Virus record (IMG/VR): IMGVR_UViG_3300018477_000004
Span: 1-5,159 of that record
Direction: 5' to 3' (one strand)
DNA length: 5,159 bases
Origin: a virus
Lineage: Duplodnaviria; Heunggongvirae; Uroviricota; Caudoviricetes
Position numbers and translations under genes: made by a program. Position 1 is the stretch's first letter. Each line of letters opens with the position of its first letter. The notes under the pieces are model-generated. The model did not search any database. It was given only the letters and a program-made list of their open reading frames with translations, and was not told where the DNA came from. Shown here in pieces: positions 1 to 5,159 of this stretch.

Positions 1-1
1 A

Positions 2-1312
2 AACGGCGGATTGTTGGCTGGTATCGGCGGCGTCAACTCAAACGCTCCGAGCGTAAATGACATCGGCAATACGCTTCAGCTTATCAGGCAGAACAATGAT
101 ATTGAGCGTTCAGGCGCTAACAATGTTGGGCTTACTGCTTTGCAAGGCCTTTCAGGCATTGCAGGGGTGTTTCAGCAGGAAAAGCAGGCTCAGCGGCAGA
201 AAGAATTTCAGCAGGCGTACGCTAATGCTTATGCGTCTGGTGATCGCGGTGCTTTGCGTCAGTTGGCTACTCAATATCCAGACCAGATTGAATCCGTCCG
301 TAAAGGCATGGGGTTCATTGATGAAGACCAGCGTAATTCTATCGGCACCTTAGCGGCTGGCGCACGCCTTGCGTCATCGTCTCCAGAAGCAATGCAATCA
401 TGGCTGCAAAACAACGCCGGTGAGTTAGCTCGTGTTGGCGTTAATCCTCAGGACGTCGCTCAGATGTACCAACAGAACCCGCGGCAGTTCGGCGAATTTG
501 TCGATCACCTGGGGATGAACAGTCTCGGACCCGAAAAATACTTTGACCTACAGGATAAAATGCAGGGTCGCCAGGTTACCATGCGCGGTCAGGATCTGGA
601 TTCGCAAACCGCCGCTCGGAATCAGGCAATCACAATGCGCGGGCAAGATATCCAGGCGAATTTAGGTCAGCAGCGCATTAATCTGGACGCAGAAACAAAC
701 CGCATTAACAACGAAAATAAGCGCCTTGACCGGATGCTATCAGCAGAAACTAACGACCTGAAGCGCCAGGAAATACAGAGCCGCATAGCAGCCAACAACC
801 AGCAGTTGCAGCAGAAGCAGCAAGCGCTAAATGATGGCTACAAAGACGGCATCAACACCCTCACAACCAGCATGTTCACTCTGAACGATATCGTTAGTTC
901 TCCTTCACTTAAGAGCATTACAGGCTTACGTGGAGTAATCCCCAACGTTCCAGGCTCACAGGCTGCAGACACTCAGGCACGACTTGATACCTTTAAATCC
1001 CAAGCATACCTGACAGCGGTTCAGGCCATGCGAGGCATGGGCGCACTTTCTGATGCCGAGGGCAAAAAGCTCGACCAGGCTGTTGGTTCGCTGCAGAACT
1101 CGCAGAGCGAGGAGTCCTTTCGTCGCAACGCTGGCGTCATCCTGAACACGCTCAACCAGAAGCGTAATGAGGCGGTTGGTAAGTACGTTCAGCAAAACGG
1201 TATCAAGCGAGTGGAAGCGCCTCAGGCTTCTATAGATTACCTGAAGCAACACCCCGAGCTGTCAATCGACTTCATTAATCGCTACGGATATCTTCCATCT
1301 TTGGGGCAGTAA
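2..1312 (+). CDS. Internal virion / DNA-ejection protein, P22 gp20-like by position; 5'-partial because the frame is open to the window edge
   Basis: Long ORF in frame 2 with no in-frame stop between position 2 and the TAA at 1310-1312. The track start at 11 is a TTG with no convincing upstream RBS, so the gene most likely begins upstream of the window. The protein is Q/N-rich with a predicted coiled-coil stretch (approx. nt 650-840, '...QQRINLDAETNRINNENKRLDRM...QQLQQKQQALN...'). It sits immediately upstream of, and is translationally coupled to, the SLT-domain ejection protein, as for gp20 before gp16 in P22-like phages. The functional call rests on position and composition, not on recognised sequence identity. 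Confidence 0.8.
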   Translation, partial: NGGLLAGIGGVNSNAPSVNDIGNTLQLIRQNNDIERSGANNVGLTALQGLSGIAGVFQQEKQAQRQKEFQQAYANAYASGDRGALRQLATQYPDQIESVRKGMGFIDEDQRNSIGTLAAGARLASSSPEAMQSWLQNNAGELARVGVNPQDVAQMYQQNPRQFGEFVDHLGMNSLGPEKYFDLQDKMQGRQVTMRGQDLDSQTAARNQAITMRGQDIQANLGQQRINLDAETNRINNENKRLDRMLSAETNDLKRQEIQSRIAANNQQLQQKQQALNDGYKDGINTLTTSMFTLNDIVSSPSLKSITGLRGVIPNVPGSQAADTQARLDTFKSQAYLTAVQAMRGMGALSDAEGKKLDQAVGSLQNSQSEESFRRNAGVILNTLNQKRNEAVGKYVQQNGIKRVEAPQASIDYLKQHPELSIDFINRYGYLPSLGQ

Positions 1313-1640
1313 ATGGCTAATTACCGTGATTTGTTAGAGCAGGCTGGCGCACGTTACGGTGTGCCAGAAGGGTTGATGACTGCACTGGGTGCCAAGGAGT
1401 CTTCTTACAACCCTGCCGCAGTAAGCTCCGCCGGGGCTGTAGGATTGACTCAGGTCATGCCTGGGACATGGCGTGATATGGGTTATACCGATGAGCAAAT
1501 GCAAAACCCCGAATATCAGGCTGACGCTGGCGCGCGCTATCTGGCAAAGATGTACCAGCAGTTTGGTAACTGGCGTGACGCTCTTCAGGCTTATCACGAC
1601 GGTCCCGGCAACGTTATGAAGGCAAAGCGTGGTGAATATA
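1313..1640 (+). other. Lytic transglycosylase (SLT) catalytic domain within the ejection protein
   Basis: The ES, GLTQ and AYHDG motifs occur in the canonical order and spacing for goose-type-lysozyme-like SLT domains. Domain boundaries are approximate. Confidence 0.8.
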
Positions 1641-3706
1641 CGCCAGGACCTGAAGGCCGCGGTTACGTTGATGATCGCTTTGCTCAATGGGCGGGTGACC
1701 CGGTGACAGACTCAACAGTCGAACAGCGCGCCACCTCTGCAAAGGTACATCCTCAGCAAGACCCTAACAACCCGTTTGCACAACTGGAAGCACAGTCATC
1801 CGAACAAGTATCGGCATCAGGCGTGCAGTCAGACCCAAATAATCCATTTGCTCAGATTGAGCAGCAGGCAGCCAGTCAGCAGCCACCTCAACCCGTAAGT
1901 TCTGTCGCACCGAAACCTGTTCAGCAGCAAGGCGGAATAATGTCTGACCTTGGTAATGGACTTGCTGAAACCGGGCGCGGCTTACTACAGGCAGGAATCA
2001 ACGTAGCGAACATACCTGCTGAACTCACTGATGCTGTAACAAGCGCGGCGGCTTGGGCTGGCGGTAAACTCGGCATTGGCGATGGTACATATCAACCAGC
2101 ACCACGAGTAACAACGCAGGGATTAGAGCAGGACTTTGGCCTTCAGCAAGGCGCGCTGACTCCACAAACGACAGAGGGAAGGGTATTTGCTGAAGCATTG
2201 CCTTACCTCACTCCTGCTGGCGTTGAGAGAGCGGCGGTACAGGCACCAACACTTGCTGGTCGAATTGCTCATGGGGCAACTCGACTTCTAGCAGAAAACG
2301 CAGTTGGATCACTTGCTGCAAACAGTGCGAAAGATGATGCGGAAGCACTCGCCACCGATTTAGGCGTTGGTGTGCTGGCTGGCGGTGCTATTAACGCTGC
2401 CGGACGTGGATTAGGTGCTGCTTATCGTGGTGTTCGTGGTTCGATAGCACCAGAAGCGCAACAGGCTATCAGATTTGCAGAACGTGAAGGAGTTCCTCTG
2501 CACACCACAGACCTGTTACAACCCATTTCCCGCGTCGGAAAAATGGCGCAGACGACAGCGGAAAATATCCCCCTGGCTGGCACAAGCGGAATGAGAGCAA
2601 CGCAACAGGAAGCGAGAAGCCAGTTGGTGCAGAGATTTGCTGATAAATTCGGTGAGTATGATCCAGCTGTTGTTATTGACAGCCTTAAAGCGAAAACATC
2701 AGGAATTCGTCGCGCTGCAGGAAATCGACTGGAGCAGGTTCAGAATGCTATGGCGGGAATAAACATTCAGCCTGCAAGAGCAATTCAGCAGATTGATACA
2801 GAAATATCTAACCTGCAGAAGCTTGGTAAGGTTGCTGATAACGAGACTATTTCAAAACTTCAGTCCTATCGTGATGAGCTTGTTCGCAATGCTGGTCCTG
2901 ATGGTCCGGTAAATCTGGATTTGAAGCAATTAAGCGATCTGCGCAGCCAGTTCAGAATGGACGTGAAGGGGGAGCGACCAGTGTTACCAAACCGTTCCGA
3001 TGCTGCCATTCAGCGCGTTTACAAGGCAATGACCGACGATATCAATGGTGCCATTGGTCAGAATCTTGGCAACGATACTCTCCGTAAATATCAGCAGGCC
3101 AATGCCGTCTACGCTGACGAAGCGGCGAAACTAAAGAATACCAGGCTGAAGAATGTTCTCATGAAAGGCGACCTGACGCCGGAAGTTGTCAACAACATGC
3201 TATTCAGCAAGAACAAATCGGAAATTAAGACTCTGTATAACTCAGTTGGTCGTGTTGGCAGGGCGCAAATGCGCAATGGCATCATTGGAAAGGCGATGGA
3301 GAAATCAGGTGGTTCCCCTGACCAGTTCCTTCGGCAGCTTAACATCCTGCAAAACCAGACTGGCATCACATTTAAAGGTCAGGAAGCCGCTTATCTGAAA
3401 GGATTGAAAAACTACCTGCAATCCACGCAGCAGGCTGCAAAAGCGGCAGTAACAACACCAACAGGGCAGCAAACCATCCCGTTCATTATCGGGTATGGGA
3501 CGGCAATGAACCCGGCGACAACTGGCGCAGCGGTAAGCTACGGACTTCTTACTCGCGCCTATGAGAGCGAGCCATTCAGAAATGCAATGCTCCGAATGGC
3601 AAACACCCCACGCGGATCAACAGCGTTTGAGAAAGCCATGCAGCAGGCGCAAAAGGCCATTAACGCCCTGACTCAAGGTGCCAAGTCTGATGCGTTGTCA
3701 GAATAG
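1313..3706 (+). CDS. Large ejection / internal virion protein with N-terminal lytic transglycosylase (SLT) domain; occupies the P22 gp16 position
   Basis: 797-codon ORF from ATG 1313 to TAG 3704-3706, with GGGG 7 nt upstream of the ATG. The N-terminal ~110 residues carry the family-1 lytic transglycosylase motifs: catalytic Glu-Ser in 'GAKESSYNP' (Glu codon 1397-1399), 'GLTQVMPGTW', and 'AYHDGPGNV' (AYNAG-like). These are followed by a low-complexity linker with two DPNNPFAQ(L/I)E repeats, a Gly/Ala-rich segment ('GVGVLAGGAINAAGRGLGAAYRGVRGS', approx. nt 2360-2450) and a long C-terminal region. Confidence 0.93.
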   Translation: MANYRDLLEQAGARYGVPEGLMTALGAKESSYNPAAVSSAGAVGLTQVMPGTWRDMGYTDEQMQNPEYQADAGARYLAKMYQQFGNWRDALQAYHDGPGNVMKAKRGEYTPGPEGRGYVDDRFAQWAGDPVTDSTVEQRATSAKVHPQQDPNNPFAQLEAQSSEQVSASGVQSDPNNPFAQIEQQAASQQPPQPVSSVAPKPVQQQGGIMSDLGNGLAETGRGLLQAGINVANIPAELTDAVTSAAAWAGGKLGIGDGTYQPAPRVTTQGLEQDFGLQQGALTPQTTEGRVFAEALPYLTPAGVERAAVQAPTLAGRIAHGATRLLAENAVGSLAANSAKDDAEALATDLGVGVLAGGAINAAGRGLGAAYRGVRGSIAPEAQQAIRFAEREGVPLHTTDLLQPISRVGKMAQTTAENIPLAGTSGMRATQQEARSQLVQRFADKFGEYDPAVVIDSLKAKTSGIRRAAGNRLEQVQNAMAGINIQPARAIQQIDTEISNLQKLGKVADNETISKLQSYRDELVRNAGPDGPVNLDLKQLSDLRSQFRMDVKGERPVLPNRSDAAIQRVYKAMTDDINGAIGQNLGNDTLRKYQQANAVYADEAAKLKNTRLKNVLMKGDLTPEVVNNMLFSKNKSEIKTLYNSVGRVGRAQMRNGIIGKAMEKSGGSPDQFLRQLNILQNQTGITFKGQEAAYLKGLKNYLQSTQQAAKAAVTTPTGQQTIPFIIGYGTAMNPATTGAAVSYGLLTRAYESEPFRNAMLRMANTPRGSTAFEKAMQQAQKAINALTQGAKSDALSE
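1760..1861 (+). repeat. Two copies of an in-frame 30-nt unit encoding DPNNPFAQ(L/I)E, separated by 42 nt, inside the ejection protein linker
   Basis: Copy 1 is 1760-1789 (gac cct aac aac ccg ttt gca caa ctg gaa) and copy 2 is 1832-1861 (gac cca aat aat cca ttt gct cag att gag). The peptide is conserved but 7 of 10 codons differ at the nucleotide level. Confidence 0.7.
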
Positions 3707-3795
3707 CTTCGCAAACACCAGGAACGTGCAAAAACCAAATATGTAGAACGCAATATTCAGCATATCTCTTTGCATAAATCCTCCGTAACTGATAG

Positions 3796-4056
3796 TTAGC
3801 TGCTGTCTTTTTTATATAGCTCTTTGAGCGTATCAAAGACAATTTTCTTAACCATATCAGATTGTTGTTCTGCCATACGCTCTGCATCGTCAATGTAAAC
3901 TGATGCAGAGCTTTGTTTAGCCAATGATTCTTCAATCGCTGCAATTATCTCTGAGTTCAGAGACCTGTTATTCATCTTCGCACGCTGTTTAATTTTCGCG
4001 TGGAGTTCATGCGGAAGTCTCAAGTGAAACTGCGCCTCGTCGTATTTGCTGTACAT
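3796..4056 (-). CDS. mnt: Mnt-like ribbon-helix-helix (Arc/MetJ family) transcriptional repressor
   Basis: Minus-strand ORF ending at the TAA complement at 3796-3798. The product ('...FHLRLPHELHAKIKQRAKMNNRSLNSEIIAAIEESL...DAERMAEQQSDMVKKIVFDTLKELYKKDSS') closely resembles P22 Mnt as I recall it ('...FNFRMPMEVREKLKFRAEANGRSMNSELLQIV...DAERLADEQSELVKKMVFDTLKDLYKKTT'). The start is placed at the ATG complementary to 4054-4056, which gives a P22-like N-terminal length and has GAGG about 8 nt upstream. The longest ORF would instead start at 4089 (11 codons longer). Confidence 0.85.
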   Translation of the reverse strand: MYSKYDEAQFHLRLPHELHAKIKQRAKMNNRSLNSEIIAAIEESLAKQSSASVYIDDAERMAEQQSDMVKKIVFDTLKELYKKDSS

Positions 4057-4129
4057 CCTTGATGCCTCACCAGTTGGGTGGAATGGCATCGTAACCTACT
4101 GGATAAATACTCAATAGTACCATTTCGGT

Positions 4130-4152
4130 ATGCAATCACATCATGGTTGCAT
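4130..4152. promoter_or_regulatory. Inverted repeat ATGCAA-N11-TTGCAT in the divergent mnt/tailspike intergenic region; candidate operator
   Basis: Perfect 6-bp arms at 4130-4135 and 4147-4152, read directly from the sequence. It lies between the divergently transcribed repressor and tailspike genes and overlaps a possible leftward -10 (complement of 4151-4156 = TATGAT). Any function is inferred. Confidence 0.25.
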
Positions 4153-4166
4153 CATATCATTCGTCT

Positions 4167-4170
4167 GGAG
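4167..4170 (+). promoter_or_regulatory. Shine-Dalgarno (GGAG) for the tailspike gene
   Basis: GGAG sits 7 nt upstream of ATG 4178. Confidence 0.5.
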
Positions 4171-4177
4171 CAATGAA

Positions 4178-4519
4178 ATGTCAGATATCACCGCAAATGT
4201 TGTGGTAAGCATGCCTTCGCAACTCTTCACTATGGCTCGTTCTTTTAAAGCCGTAGCCAATGGCAAAATTTATATCGGTAAAATTGACACTGACCCGGTA
4301 AATCCTGAAAACCAGATTCAGGTTTATGTGGAGAACGAAGACGGTTCTCACGTCCCTGTTTCGCAACCAATCATCATTAACGCTGCTGGTTACCCTGTAT
4401 ATAACGGACAGATTGCCAAATTCGTTACCGTGCAAGGCCATTCTATGGCTGTTTATGATGCGTACGGTGTGCAGCAGTTCTATTTTCCGAATGTGCTTAA
4501 GTATGACCCTGATCAGTTC
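4178..4519 (+). other. Tailspike head-binding (particle-attachment) domain
   Basis: This is the block conserved with P22 gp9 residues ~1-113. Similarity is lost right after 'KYDPDQ(F)'. Confidence 0.8.
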
Positions 4520-5138
4520 AAGATTCTAATAGAAGGAGATGATGGCTATAAATACATACCAAGTCTTAATAAAATAAAATCAGAAATACCAGCAGAATAT
4601 TTTCGAACAATATCTAGCGATGACCAATCAACACTTCAGAATGCTATTGATTATGCAACATCTAAAGGATGGTCAGTATTTCTTGAAACGGATAAAGTAT
4701 ATAGAGTTAGATCTGTCAATGTTTCTTGCATGTTGCGTGGATTCTCTTTCATTGAAAGGATTGAAGGAACATCTGAAACATTGATAAATATGATGAGTGG
4801 AGGTGGATTAAAAGATCTAACTATAAATGGAATGATAACGTCAGGAAATGACACCGTTGGAAATATTGTTTGCCAAGGGTTAACTTCTGTTTTATTTAAG
4901 AATATAAAATCAATTAATGCCGGTGGCCATAACATAACAATTAGAGATACTCCTGAAAATGGAGGAAATACAATTAAAGATTGTTATATTTCAGGAACGC
5001 GTGTTGGATATGGGATTTATCTTAGGAATGTGCGTGGGGAATCAATTAAAAATACAAAGATAACAAAATGTGCTAGTGATGGTCTTGCGTTATCAAATTC
5101 ATCATTTACTGAATCCCCTGTTGAAATTGTTGGTGTAG
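4178..5138 (+). CDS. Tailspike protein, 3'-truncated: P22 gp9-like N-terminal head-binding domain fused to a divergent AT-rich beta-helix receptor-binding module
   Basis: ATG at 4178 with GGAG 7 nt upstream. The frame is open to the window end with no stop, which is probably why the ORF track omits it. The N-terminus '[46 protein letters not shown]...[13 protein letters not shown]...NVLKYDPDQ' is near-identical to the P22 tailspike head-binding domain as I remember it ('[46 protein letters not shown]...'). Downstream of ~4520 the sequence is AT-rich and encodes motifs typical of right-handed parallel beta-helix depolymerases ('[25 protein letters not shown]', repeated 'N-x-I/V-x-x-C...G-x-x-G-I-x-L' rungs). 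The final 21 nt of the window are adapter and are excluded from the CDS. Confidence 0.9.
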
Positions 5139-5159
5139 AGATCGGAAGAGCACACGTCT
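5139..5159. other. Illumina TruSeq adapter sequence (AGATCGGAAGAGCACACGTCT); a sequencing or assembly artefact, not biological sequence
   Basis: Exact 21-nt match to the start of the standard Illumina TruSeq adapter, located at the extreme 3' end of the window. Confidence 0.9.

Noticed and set aside
57-353. 98-aa + strand ORF in an alternative frame inside the first ejection gene
   Set aside because: It lies entirely within the long, well-supported frame-2 ORF and has no independent support; it is an overprinted-frame artefact.
956-1252. 98-aa minus-strand ORF antisense to the first ejection gene
   Set aside because: Antisense overlap with a strongly supported long CDS, and the product is Leu/Arg/Ser-rich as expected for antisense of GC-balanced coding sequence.
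1334-1687. 117-aa minus-strand ORF antisense to the SLT domain coding region
   Set aside because: It overlaps the best-supported domain in the window (SLT motifs on the + strand), with no RBS or homology signal.
3109-3398. Two short ORFs (minus 3109..3369 and plus 3186..3398) inside the large ejection gene
   Set aside because: Both are embedded in the 797-codon ORF in other frames or on the other strand, and the products look low-complexity and hydrophobic or Arg-rich. Treated as spurious.
3707-3795. Possible bidirectional rho-independent terminator between the convergent ejection and mnt genes
   Set aside because: Only weak 5-6 bp complementary segments with long loops (e.g. ATATG 3739-3743 / CATAT 3761-3765), and no GC-rich stem followed by a T-tract. 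Not supportable from sequence alone.
3660-3944. 94-aa minus-strand ORF spanning the 3' end of the ejection gene, the intergenic gap and part of mnt
   Set aside because: It is in a different frame from the Mnt-like ORF, which has clear homology support, and it overlaps two real genes. Treated as spurious.
4173-4175. ATG five bases upstream of the chosen tailspike start
   Set aside because: It is in a different frame and reaches a stop after about 11 codons. The 4178 ATG gives the conserved [11 protein letters not shown]-terminus.
3707-4177. A hidden defence or anti-defence cassette in the accessory slot between the ejection and tailspike genes
   Set aside because: The interval is under 0.5 kb and is filled by the Mnt-like gene and its flanking control sequence, leaving no room for an additional protein-coding system. 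Any novelty here is regulatory rather than a new multi-gene system.
4181-4935. ORFs overlapping the tailspike gene (minus 4181..4441, plus 4326..4529, minus 4651..4935)
   Set aside because: All overlap the tailspike reading frame, which has strong N-terminal homology and a good RBS. They are frame artefacts, helped in the AT-rich part by low stop-codon density in some frames.
1-5159. CRISPR arrays, tRNA or rRNA genes, integrase or transposase, attachment sites
   Set aside because: No regularly spaced direct repeats, no cloverleaf-compatible segments, and no recombinase-like ORFs were seen. The window is fully accounted for by four protein-coding genes and short intergenic regions.

Overview
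This window reads as the distal end of the virion structural module of a P22-like temperate podovirus or prophage from an enterobacterial host, with the 3' end running into Illumina adapter sequence. On the + strand there are two large, back-to-back genes: a 5'-truncated Q/N-rich internal virion (ejection) protein (2..1312) and a 797-aa ejection protein with an unmistakable N-terminal lytic transglycosylase domain (1313..3706). A short leftward gene (3796..4056/4089) encodes a ribbon-helix-helix repressor that I recognise from memory as very similar to P22 Mnt, but with no arc, ant, sieA or hkcC neighbours. A rightward tailspike gene starts at 4178 and is open to the window end; it is missing from the supplied ORF track, presumably because it has no stop codon. 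Its first ~114 codons match the P22 gp9 head-binding domain as I recall it, after which the sequence becomes sharply AT-rich and encodes a different beta-helix-like receptor-binding module. The last 21 nt (5139..5159) are an exact Illumina TruSeq adapter prefix, so the window ends at an artefactual contig end. I see no self-contained new defence or anti-defence system; the best candidates for novelty are the tailspike receptor-binding module and the orphan Mnt-like repressor beside it. All homology statements are from memory and sequence reading, not from database searches.
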